Under the pieces are notes generated by a model. The model had not been told where the DNA came from and searched no databases. It saw only the letters and a program-made list of their open reading frames with translations. The position numbers were made by a program, and so were the translations under genes. From Desulfosalsimonadaceae bacterium (GTDB taxonomy: Bacteria > Desulfobacterota > Desulfobacteria > Desulfobacterales > Desulfosalsimonadaceae), in the NCBI GenBank assembly GCA_046482325.1, contig JAWOFF010000107.1, positions 1,244-65,243 of the forward strand: a stretch of DNA of 64,000 bases, given 5' to 3'. Each line of letters begins with the position of its first letter. Positions within the stretch are counted from its first letter, which is position 1. Shown here piece after piece: positions 9,359 through 17,548 of the stretch.

Positions 9359-9952
9359 CTATCCGGAAAAAGTTGACAACTGTTTTTGAATCCGGGGTTT
9401 TACCTTATTGTAAAGATTCCCGGCTCTTCTGACGGCCGTACATACAGCCCGGGAGGTAATAGTGGCACCGGCCATGGGGATTATATCTCCGCCATCCTTT
9501 TTCACATTCGTCTCAGTGCCGATTTCCACTCCCTGGAACTGCTTTTTGAAATCTTCATGGGTCTCTACCCGGGCGCCCACGCCGGGCGTTTCATTATGGG
9601 TGGTAACGCTGACGCCATGGATTTTACCGGTTCTCACGTTTACGGCAACCATTGTTCCCACATCGCCCCCGTAGCCGCTGCCTTTGGTTTCAAAGGCCAC
9701 CACTCCGGGCTCTCCCTCATAAACGCCCACAAAAAAATTTCTTTCAGTTCCGTCAACCTGGAGCGAGAACCGATCCTGAATCGGATTATTGGAAGCGCCT
9801 TCCAAAATCTTCTTGATGGCCGGCCCCTTGACGAATTTGAGAACCTGGCTGTCAATACGATCCTGCGTGTTGTTCCGGATGGCAGCCAGCAATCCACCGG
9901 AGAAGCTGCTCAGAATTGTCAGCACAAGAACCATTTTTACCATTTCACGCAT
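9359..9952 (-). CDS. rnfG: Rnf complex subunit G (FMN-binding, periplasmic)
   Basis: 197 aa with an N-terminal anchor and an FMN_bind-type domain. It retains the flavinylation motif in AGATITSRAV. Confidence 0.9.
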   Translation of the reverse strand: MREMVKMVLVLTILSSFSGGLLAAIRNNTQDRIDSQVLKFVKGPAIKKILEGASNNPIQDRFSLQVDGTERNFFVGVYEGEPGVVAFETKGSGYGGDVGTMVAVNVRTGKIHGVSVTTHNETPGVGARVETHEDFKKQFQGVEIGTETNVKKDGGDIIPMAGATITSRAVCTAVRRAGNLYNKVKPRIQKQLSTFSG

Positions 9953-10913
9953 AATTGATCACCTTTCGCAAGGTCTTGGGTCGGATTTTATCAATTATCG
10001 GGTTGATAAGATTAATCAACAGAATGGCAAACACGACCCCGTCGATATGAGTGCCAATATTACGGATAAGAACCGTCAAAAAACCGCCAAGCGCTCCATA
10101 CAGCAACATGGGGATAAAGTTTACCGGTGATGAAGAATCATCTGTGGCCAGAAAGAAAGCGCCCAGCAGGGAATATCCGGTCAGAACATGAAAGCCGGCC
10201 CCGGCATATACCTGCGGGTTGGCCTGATGAAAAACAAAAGCTGTAATAAACATCCCGGCGATAAAGGAAAGCGCGATTTCCCAGCGGATATAGCCCCGGA
10301 GCATAAGATAAATCCCGCCGATAATCAACCCCAGCGCACAAGAGGTTCCAATGCCGCCCACCTGCCGGCCGAGCAGCAAATCGGCGGCAGAGAACCCTTC
10401 CACAGCGGCGGATCCGAATGATTTGGCCAGCAATAATGGAAAAACGGGATTGAAATCAAACTGGTAATTGACAAGTGCTTTATTAAAATCGAGGAAGCCG
10501 GGCCAGGAAATCAGCAGTACCGCAAATGCAAAGGCCACCGGATTAAAGGGATTTCCCCCCAGTCCGCCGAAAATCTGCTTGCCAATGACCACCATAAAAA
10601 GAGTCCCTACAACAACCACCCACCAGGGAGTAACAGCGGGCAGCATCATGGCAAACAGCATACCCAGCAGTGCGGCATTTCCATCGCCTATGGAGACCGG
10701 CCGCCGGGTTAAAAAATTCATTATGAGCTCCCAGATCATGGCCGAGGCGATCGAGAGCGCAACCAATGCCAGGGCGGCAAGACCGTATTGAAACAGGCCC
10801 GGGATTACCGCCAGCAGGGTGGCCAACAGGATATTGTAATTTTTGAGCGAAATCTGACTTCCGCTGTGCCAGAACGGGGCATGGGATACAGTCAGTTTGA
10901 TGGACTCAGGCAT
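9945..10913 (-). CDS. rnfD: Rnf complex subunit D
   Basis: 322 aa, collinear with RsxD/NqrB (PWWVVVVGTLFMVVIGKQIFGGLGGNPFNP, GAFFLATD). It overlaps rnfC and rnfG by 8 nt each. Confidence 0.9.
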   Translation of the reverse strand: MPESIKLTVSHAPFWHSGSQISLKNYNILLATLLAVIPGLFQYGLAALALVALSIASAMIWELIMNFLTRRPVSIGDGNAALLGMLFAMMLPAVTPWWVVVVGTLFMVVIGKQIFGGLGGNPFNPVAFAFAVLLISWPGFLDFNKALVNYQFDFNPVFPLLLAKSFGSAAVEGFSAADLLLGRQVGGIGTSCALGLIIGGIYLMLRGYIRWEIALSFIAGMFITAFVFHQANPQVYAGAGFHVLTGYSLLGAFFLATDDSSSPVNFIPMLLYGALGGFLTVLIRNIGTHIDGVVFAILLINLINPIIDKIRPKTLRKVINYA

Positions 10914-12189
10914 TGCTCTCCTCCGCTTTCATGCGCTCCAGCATGTGTTTGCCAAGTTTGATATGCTGAAAAATGGGAATCCGGGACTCACAGACAAAAG
11001 CGCACAGTCCGCATTCGATGCAGGCATCCAGCTCGGCCTGGGCGGCCGCCTGTTCATACTGCTCCGCCTCCAGCAGCCGGACCAGTATATTCACCGGGAT
11101 ATTAACAGGACATACCCTAACGCATTCACCGCAATTTATACAGGCCGTGCCCGAAGATTCCGGTATCCGGGAACTGTCCTGAATCATGATCACATCAGTA
11201 TCAGCTGCAACCGGCTGTTCTATGGTATAGACCGCGGTTCCGGTCATGGGGCCGCCGAAAATAAGCCGGTCGCCTTCCTCCAGAGTTTCGTTGAAGGTGT
11301 CCAGTATATTTTTAACCGGGGTTCCCATCGGTACGGAAACCATCCGTCTGCTGCCGTCTTTGGAGATAAAAGTCGCCATCTTGGTCAGGGGAAGCCGGCC
11401 TGTATTAAAGGCAGCCCCGATAGCGGATACCGCCTCCGCATTAAAAAAGGCCACATCCGCATTTCTCCCCTCGCCTCCGGCCTTTATCTCATCAGAGAGA
11501 ATGTGGCGGACAATCAGTTCCGGGTTTGCGGTCGGATATTCCGAATCCACTGTTTTTACGCCCGCGCCGGCGGCTCCGGCCACCTGTACCAGATGCTCGG
11601 GAACGGCCAGTATAACATTCTGAATGCCCGTCATTTTTCTGAGGGCATCGATGCCGGTTTTAATCGATTCAATGCTGGTTTTGACAAAATACTGGTTTGT
11701 AATGGCCAGAAGATCGTGTTCGGCTCCGAGAACCACAATCGCCTTAATCCGCCGGCCGGGATCAAAAAAGGGAGAGAAATCAGGTTTTCCGGGAAGTCCT
11801 TTCAGGAAACAGGCTGCTGCCTCAAGGCTGGGGTTCTTGCTCTGCTTCTTGAACTCTTCGTCAGGGACCTGCTCGGACTCCGGATCCACAGTAATGCTGA
11901 CTGCAGTCATCTTCTTCTGCATCATGCCAATAAAAGGCCTGACATCTGTGATTTTTCCGGATCTGCTGGCCAGGCCGTAATCGTCCGAATCCGCCGTGGC
12001 CCGGAGGCACTGGCCGCTTTTTACGTGTTCGCCCGCTGCAACTGCAAGATCCTGGCTATGCTCCAGCGGAGCGTCCAGCAAAAGTTGAATTTTTTCAGAT
12101 ACCGGGACATCAGCGGGCTCGGCGTCGCTGTCCACAATGGCCTCGTATGTCAGCCTCGGTTTGATAAAGCCAAAAAATGATCTTTTCAT
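10906..12189 (-). CDS. rnfC: RnfC-like subunit (N-terminal barrel, SLBB-like region, 2x[4Fe-4S]) lacking a recognisable NADH/FMN glycine motif
   Basis: 427 aa with CINCGECVRVCP and CIECGLCAFVCE near the C-terminus and an RnfC_N-like start. GLPGKPDFSP stands where GLGGAGFPT is expected. Confidence 0.8.
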   Translation of the reverse strand: MKRSFFGFIKPRLTYEAIVDSDAEPADVPVSEKIQLLLDAPLEHSQDLAVAAGEHVKSGQCLRATADSDDYGLASRSGKITDVRPFIGMMQKKMTAVSITVDPESEQVPDEEFKKQSKNPSLEAAACFLKGLPGKPDFSPFFDPGRRIKAIVVLGAEHDLLAITNQYFVKTSIESIKTGIDALRKMTGIQNVILAVPEHLVQVAGAAGAGVKTVDSEYPTANPELIVRHILSDEIKAGGEGRNADVAFFNAEAVSAIGAAFNTGRLPLTKMATFISKDGSRRMVSVPMGTPVKNILDTFNETLEEGDRLIFGGPMTGTAVYTIEQPVAADTDVIMIQDSSRIPESSGTACINCGECVRVCPVNIPVNILVRLLEAEQYEQAAAQAELDACIECGLCAFVCESRIPIFQHIKLGKHMLERMKAEESNA

Positions 12190-12262
12190 GGATCAAAACC
12201 TTTACCGGTCTTTCCTGGTTGTAAAGTGTCAAGTATACGCGATCATTCCGCCACCGCTCAGC

Positions 12263-12898
12263 TTAATAGGCGTGGCACTGACTGCAGTCGGATTTTGCGG
12301 GCCCCGCCCCAAAATCCTCATGACAGCCCGCGCACTGGGTATGAAAGGCCTCGGTGCGATTCCGGGGAACATGGCATCCCGAGCACCGGCTCCGATCAGG
12401 CACGACACCATAGTCCTCGTGGCATCCTATACACTGCCTGTGGAAGGCTTCCTTTCTGCCGGGCATCCCGCCATTGCCCATGCCCTCCTGATGGCAGGCA
12501 GTGCAGGCCTGGGGCTGCTGAGAATCCCCCTCCTCGTAGTTGTGGTGGCAGTCGCTGCAATACAGGCCGTACTGCCGGGCATGGGCCTCATGGCTAAACA
12601 TCCCTTTTTCGCCCAGGGCCGGCTTATACTTGCTTTCTGCACCATGGCAGCTACCGCACTCCCCCGGCTTCTCTTCGCCGGCCTCCTGAAAGGCATGATG
12701 GCAATCCTCACAGTACAATCCATAGGAGTCGCTGTGGGTCTGGTGGGCGAACAATACGTCGTCGCCTGTAGCTGCAAACATTTTACGGACCGGAACTTCC
12801 GGGCTTTTCGAGGGAAACGCGGCATAGCCCAGAATACCGACGACAAGGCAGACAGCTAATAAACCGTACGCCAAATTCCGTTCGTTTTTCGAAGTCAT
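12263..12898 (-). CDS. membrane-anchored octahaem c-type cytochrome (cytochrome c3-like)
   Basis: 211 aa with an N-terminal hydrophobic anchor. Eight CxxCH motifs counted by hand (CEDCH, CGSCH, CSDCH, CTACH, CIGCH, CSGCH, CAGCH, CSQCH). It is the first gene of the rnf operon. Confidence 0.9.
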   Translation of the reverse strand: MTSKNERNLAYGLLAVCLVVGILGYAAFPSKSPEVPVRKMFAATGDDVLFAHQTHSDSYGLYCEDCHHAFQEAGEEKPGECGSCHGAESKYKPALGEKGMFSHEAHARQYGLYCSDCHHNYEEGDSQQPQACTACHQEGMGNGGMPGRKEAFHRQCIGCHEDYGVVPDRSRCSGCHVPRNRTEAFHTQCAGCHEDFGAGPAKSDCSQCHAY

Positions 12899-13212
12899 GC
12901 GATTTAATTCCTTTCCACAACCGAGTACCTGCCGCCTCCAACCCCTTTTCAGCCGGGAGGGGCAGCCTTTGCCTCCCTCCGCACCTTAAAATCCGGGGGC
13001 TTTTTTTCAAATAAAGGCTTGTTCCGAACAGCCGAACTGCCTGCCCGGCTTGCAAAAGAACGTAAAGACTTTTTCGTATTAAGTTACAAGAGTTTTGTCA
13101 AGGACTTTATAGAAGGCCGGGATGCGTGAATCGCTACGGCGTCGCAATTGCCGCACCGCTCATGCGCCACACCCATGCGCTCGGCTTCTTTTGCGGAACA
13201 GGGGCATTCGCC

Positions 13213-14463
13213 CTAGTCCGCTTTTCTGCGCAGAAATGTCGGTATATCCAGATCCGTGTCATAGTTGAAATTGCTTCCGCCTGCATCCTCCCCTCCGGCT
13301 TTTTTGGCCTGCTTGCCGCAAGATCCGCCCCTGGATCCCGAAGAAGACCCGCTTTTCTGCTTTTTGGCCTCATTGCGGATGACTGTTGGAATATCGTAAT
13401 CATCCATTTTCATGTCCTCCTCGGTCAGGTCCCGGACCTTGCCCCTTGGCTGAAAGCCCTCTGCGGGGAACTTATGGACCTTGTCCTTAACCTCCTGCAT
13501 ATTCCGATCGCCTATGCCGGTGGCAATAACGGTGACCCGCATTTCATCTCCAAGGGAGTCGTCCACCGCAGTACCCCATATCAGTTCTACATCATCATTG
13601 TTGATCTCGTTATAAATGCGGTCCGATGCCTCCATGGTCTCCTCCATGGTAAGATCCGAATTGCAGGTGATATTCATCAGCACCCCGCGGGCACCAACAA
13701 TCGAATTATCCTCAAGAAGGGGGTGGGAAATGGCCCGTTCCGCCGCTTCAAGGGCCCGGTTCTCTCCGCTTGCCACGCCGATACCCATAATGGCCATCCC
13801 CGCCTTGCTCATGGTGGTTTTAACGTCCGCAAAATCCAGGTTGATCAGGCCCGGATTCATAATCAGATCGGTAATTCCCTTTACACAATGATGCAGGATT
13901 TCATCGGCTTTTTTAAACATTTCAATAAGGGTTGCCTTTTTTGAGGCAAGCCCGCGCAGCCGGTCATTGGGAATTGTGATAACTGTATCCGCCACCTCCC
14001 GCAGTTTGGAGATGCCCTCATCTGCATAGCGGCTTCGCTTTTTTGCCTCAAAGGTAAAGGGTTTGGTCACCACTGCCACCGTAAGTGCGCCCATCTCTTT
14101 GCAAAGCTCCGCGATTACCGGAGCCGCCCCGGTGCCGGTGCCGCCGCCGAGACCGGCTGCTATAAAGACCATGTGGCTGTCCGCCAATGCCTCCCGCAGA
14201 AGCTCCGTTGATTCCACGGCCGCCTCCCTGCCGACATTCGGATCGGCCCCGGCTCCCAGACCCTGAGTCAGTTCCTCGCCAAGCTGAATCTTGGTGTTGG
14301 CCTTGGCTTTGGCAAGCGCCTGGGCATCCGTATTGGCGGCTATGAACTTGACACCCTCCAGATTGGCGTCGATCATATTGTCAATAGCGTTGTTACCGCC
14401 GCCGCCGACTCCGATCACCTTGATTTTGGCTGAATTGTTGTTTTCCACATAGGTAAAATTCAT
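13213..14463 (-). CDS. ftsZ: cell division GTPase FtsZ
   Basis: GVGGGGNNAIDNM and GGGTGTGAAPVIA motifs, with a C-terminal DLDIPTFLRRKAD peptide. The start is set at ATG 14463 (MNFTYVE), preceded by AAGGAGG, rather than the track start at 14496. Confidence 0.95.
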   Translation of the reverse strand: MNFTYVENNNSAKIKVIGVGGGGNNAIDNMIDANLEGVKFIAANTDAQALAKAKANTKIQLGEELTQGLGAGADPNVGREAAVESTELLREALADSHMVFIAAGLGGGTGTGAAPVIAELCKEMGALTVAVVTKPFTFEAKKRSRYADEGISKLREVADTVITIPNDRLRGLASKKATLIEMFKKADEILHHCVKGITDLIMNPGLINLDFADVKTTMSKAGMAIMGIGVASGENRALEAAERAISHPLLEDNSIVGARGVLMNITCNSDLTMEETMEASDRIYNEINNDDVELIWGTAVDDSLGDEMRVTVIATGIGDRNMQEVKDKVHKFPAEGFQPRGKVRDLTEEDMKMDDYDIPTVIRNEAKKQKSGSSSGSRGGSCGKQAKKAGGEDAGGSNFNYDTDLDIPTFLRRKAD

Positions 14464-14523
14464 GGCGTCACCTCCTTGTATGTTTCGGGATAGCAATATT
14501 TGCCTTAATCTTCACTGTTGCTT

Positions 14524-15750
14524 CTATATGATTTCTTTCACCCAGGCTTTCATGCGCTTCATGATCCGGTTGAAAATATTGTTGTCGCGAATCCGGAACT
14601 TCTTTTTCTCCTGATTGCGGGCCCCATATATGACAAGCCCCACGCCCGTGGCGTACATGGGACTGTTTACCACATCCACCAGGCCGCTCACCCCCTGCGG
14701 CCGGCCGATGCGCACGGGCTGCTCGAAAACAGATTCGGCAATTTCGGATATGCCTTCCAGAAGCGAGGCTCCTCCGGTCAGAACAACCCCGGAGGCAATG
14801 GCATTTTTCAGGCCCGCCTGCATCAGCTCCCGCTTGACCAGCGTAAATATCTCTTCAACACGCGGTTCCAGAATCTCCGCCAGGATCTGCCGCGGCAACT
14901 TGCGCCCTCCGCGTCCGGAACGATCTGAAATCTCTATGGTTTCGTCGTTTCCGATCCTGTCCGCAATACAGGTACCGTACTTGAGCTTAATGCGTTCGGC
15001 TTCGGCCATCGGGGTCCGCAGTCCCACGGAGATGTCGTTTGTCATGTTGTTGCCGCCAAGCGACAGCACAAAGGTATGTTTTACATTGTTAGCGGAAAAC
15101 ACCGCCAAATCCGTAGTGCCGCCCCCAATGTCGATCAGACCGGCCCCAACCTCTTTTTCCTCAGGGCTCAGCACCGATTCGCAGGAGGCAATCGGTTCAA
15201 GTATGATATCGCAGACATCCAGACCTGCCTTATTTGCGCACTTGACAATATTTTGCGCCGATGTCACGGCGCCGGTCACAATATGGATGCGCGCTTCCAG
15301 GCGCACGCCCGCCATGCCCACGGGGTTGTTAATTCCCCCCTCCCCGTCGACTATAAACTCCTGGGGAAGCACGTGAATGACCTCCCGGTCCATGGGAATG
15401 GCAACAGCCCGGGCCGCTTCAATCACACGGTTCACATCGGCCTGGGTAATTTCCTCGCCCTTTATTGCAATGACGCCGTTGCTGTTAAATCCTGTCACGT
15501 GTCCGCAGGCGATGCCGGCATAGACGGAGGAAATTTCGCATCCCGCCATGAGTTCGGCCTCCTCGACCGCTTTTTTTATCGATTCCACGGTGGATTCGAT
15601 ATTGACGACAACGCCCTTGCGCAGTCCGACAGATGGATGGCTCCCGATTCCGATAATATTTACCGTGTCGGCTTCCAGCTCGGCAACCACGGCACAGATC
15701 TTCGTGGTACCGATATCGAGTCCGACAACAAGCTCCTCCTTTGCCTTCAC
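14524..15750 (-). CDS. ftsA: cell division protein FtsA
   Basis: 408 aa, actin-like ATPase (VVGLDIGTTKICAVV, DIGGGTTD), located between ftsQ and ftsZ. Confidence 0.95.
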   Translation of the reverse strand: MKAKEELVVGLDIGTTKICAVVAELEADTVNIIGIGSHPSVGLRKGVVVNIESTVESIKKAVEEAELMAGCEISSVYAGIACGHVTGFNSNGVIAIKGEEITQADVNRVIEAARAVAIPMDREVIHVLPQEFIVDGEGGINNPVGMAGVRLEARIHIVTGAVTSAQNIVKCANKAGLDVCDIILEPIASCESVLSPEEKEVGAGLIDIGGGTTDLAVFSANNVKHTFVLSLGGNNMTNDISVGLRTPMAEAERIKLKYGTCIADRIGNDETIEISDRSGRGGRKLPRQILAEILEPRVEEIFTLVKRELMQAGLKNAIASGVVLTGGASLLEGISEIAESVFEQPVRIGRPQGVSGLVDVVNSPMYATGVGLVIYGARNQEKKKFRIRDNNIFNRIMKRMKAWVKEII

Positions 15751-15751
15751 C

Positions 15752-16624
15752 TTAAACCTCCTTGTTGGCTTCGCTGCTTTTCTGTTCTGCCGGGGTTGCT
15801 ACAATGCGTTTCGGGTTTTGTGCATTCAGGTATTCAAGGGGCTGCAACTCCCTGTTTGCCTCTATATAGGCAAAAATCCGCCGGATCCGCTGAAGCTTTT
15901 GTTCATAGCCGTCGTATCCCAGATGAATTCTCTCTGCAGGCCCGTTGCTCCAAACGGTAAGTCCCATTTCCCGGTCCACGGCAATCTCATGCACCGCAAG
16001 GCCCCGCGGGCCGGCCCCGTCTTCCAGGCATTGCAGAAGACTCATGACAGCCGAGGAAACCTTTGTCCGTGATCCATCTGGCTTTTTCCAGTCCGCGCAC
16101 TCAAGCCCTGAAATAATCGGCAAGCCCGTCATTTCAGGGGGGGCCGCTTCTTTAAAGATTGACCCCCTGGAATCAATAAGAAAAAACCGCCCCACATCCA
16201 GAACGGCCAGGGGCCTGTGCTCACGCACAGAAACGCTCAGGCGCGAAGGCAGCTCCCGCCTGACAGAGGCAGAACGAATCCAGGGATATGCAACGAGCCG
16301 CTTTCTGACCATGGAAAGGTTTACTGCAATAATATTGACCTCCCCTTCCAGGCCAGCCGTATCAAGCACCATTTCCCTGGAGAGCCTTTCCATGCCGCGG
16401 ACATTGATGGACTCGGCATTGAAATAGTCGCACTGGATCAGGGCGTCATGGAAAAAAATAAAGGCCGCTGCCAGCAAAAAAAAACCCGCCATGGCAAGCA
16501 GGGCCGTACCCCCCGCCTTAAGAGCCGGCCAAAAAGAGACTCTTTGCCTGGCGCTTCCTTTTTTCAGACGGTTTTTCCGGTTGTTTTTATTCACCGACAA
16601 TTCGCACCTCCGGCTCCAGCGCAA
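15752..16624 (-). CDS. ftsQ: cell division protein FtsQ
   Basis: 290 aa, basic N-terminus, one TM helix, and a POTRA-like region (INVRGMERLSREMVL). The dcw position supports the call. The exact start is uncertain. Confidence 0.8.
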   Translation of the reverse strand: MRWSRRCELSVNKNNRKNRLKKGSARQRVSFWPALKAGGTALLAMAGFFLLAAAFIFFHDALIQCDYFNAESINVRGMERLSREMVLDTAGLEGEVNIIAVNLSMVRKRLVAYPWIRSASVRRELPSRLSVSVREHRPLAVLDVGRFFLIDSRGSIFKEAAPPEMTGLPIISGLECADWKKPDGSRTKVSSAVMSLLQCLEDGAGPRGLAVHEIAVDREMGLTVWSNGPAERIHLGYDGYEQKLQRIRRIFAYIEANRELQPLEYLNAQNPKRIVATPAEQKSSEANKEV

Positions 16625-17543
16625 CGAAAAATTTCCTGTACACCGCTTCCCGGACAGTTTCCATAAGCCGCAGGATATCCGCAGCCGTCGCCCCGCCCCG
16701 GTTTACAATAAAGTTGGCATGTTTCTCCGACACCTGCGCCCCGCCGACCTCCATACCCTTCATCCCGGCCTTTTCTATTAGCCTGCCGGCAGGCTCGCCG
16801 TCCTGCGGATTTTTAAAAAAGCAACCTGCACTGGCAGCACCCAGCGGCTGACGCTCTTTGCGCTCTGTGAGCAGGGTCTTTGCCTCCTGCTCCAGCTCCA
16901 GGCGATCCCCCGGCCTCACGGCAAAGCAGCCCTCCACAATAACCGGCGGGTGCAGCGCATCCCCTTCGAAGCCCGGTATTTCAAGCCTTCTATAGGAAAA
17001 GCGCAGTGCGGAGCGGGGAAAACGTTCTACACTACCGTCTCCGAACAAAACCCACGCCTCTGCCAGCACATCGGCAACTGCTCCGCCGGCTGCACCGGCG
17101 TTCATAACCATCGCACCTCCCACGGTGCCGGGGATCCCGGCGGCAAAATTTAAGCCGGCAAGCCCGTTTTCCCTTGCAAAGCGGCAAAGGCGGCCAAGGT
17201 TCTCCCCTGCCATGGCCCGTATCAAGCGGGCGGACCGCTCCGGTCCGGACTCCAGCAAAAGCCCCTTCAGAGCCCGCCCGGTATCGATAACCACCCCTCT
17301 TATGCCGCGGTCTCTTACCAGGAGGTTGGAGCCGCCGCCGATCAGGGTGTAGGGTGCGCCTTCCGCAATCAGCCACCGGACAAGGCCGAAAAAATCCTCC
17401 TGGTCACAGGGGCTTACAAAAATATCCGCGGGGCCTCCCACCCGGAGCCAGGTATGGGAGGCCATGGGTTCGTCAAAAAGGACCCTGCCCCTTACCTGCT
17501 CTTTTAAAGCGCTGCAGAATGTGAGACTGCATTCCATAAGCAT
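16587..17543 (-). CDS. murB: UDP-N-acetylenolpyruvoylglucosamine reductase
   Basis: FAD-binding MurB sequence (HTWLRVGGPADIF, LIGGGSNLLV, and a C-terminus with GAQVSEKHANFIVN). I prefer ATG 17543, which is 5 nt after the murC stop, to the track's TTG at 17600 inside murC. Confidence 0.9.
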   Translation of the reverse strand: MLMECSLTFCSALKEQVRGRVLFDEPMASHTWLRVGGPADIFVSPCDQEDFFGLVRWLIAEGAPYTLIGGGSNLLVRDRGIRGVVIDTGRALKGLLLESGPERSARLIRAMAGENLGRLCRFARENGLAGLNFAAGIPGTVGGAMVMNAGAAGGAVADVLAEAWVLFGDGSVERFPRSALRFSYRRLEIPGFEGDALHPPVIVEGCFAVRPGDRLELEQEAKTLLTERKERQPLGAASAGCFFKNPQDGEPAGRLIEKAGMKGMEVGGAQVSEKHANFIVNRGGATAADILRLMETVREAVYRKFFVALEPEVRIVGE

Positions 17544-17548
17544 TTGTA

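Noticed and set aside
10897-12180. 427-aa plus-strand ORF exactly mirroring rnfC, and similar long antisense ORFs (12137..12859, 13126..13944, 15076..15960, 18970..20190, 22743..23762, 24491..25231, 25213..26010, 58093..58788)
   Set aside because: Each lies opposite a gene with clear family motifs (RnfC Fe-S motifs, CxxCH cytochrome, FtsZ, FtsA/FtsQ, MurG, MraY, MurF, MurE, PdaD). Their compositions are low-complexity Arg/Gly/Pro-rich, typical of GC-rich shadows.
13050-13101. GACTTTTTCG resembling the repeat-element core, and a consensus TTGACA (minus strand, 13101..13096) as the rnf promoter
   Set aside because: The core match is imperfect and has no partner repeat or flanking duplication. 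The TTGACA has no acceptable -10 hexamer at 15 to 19 nt spacing.
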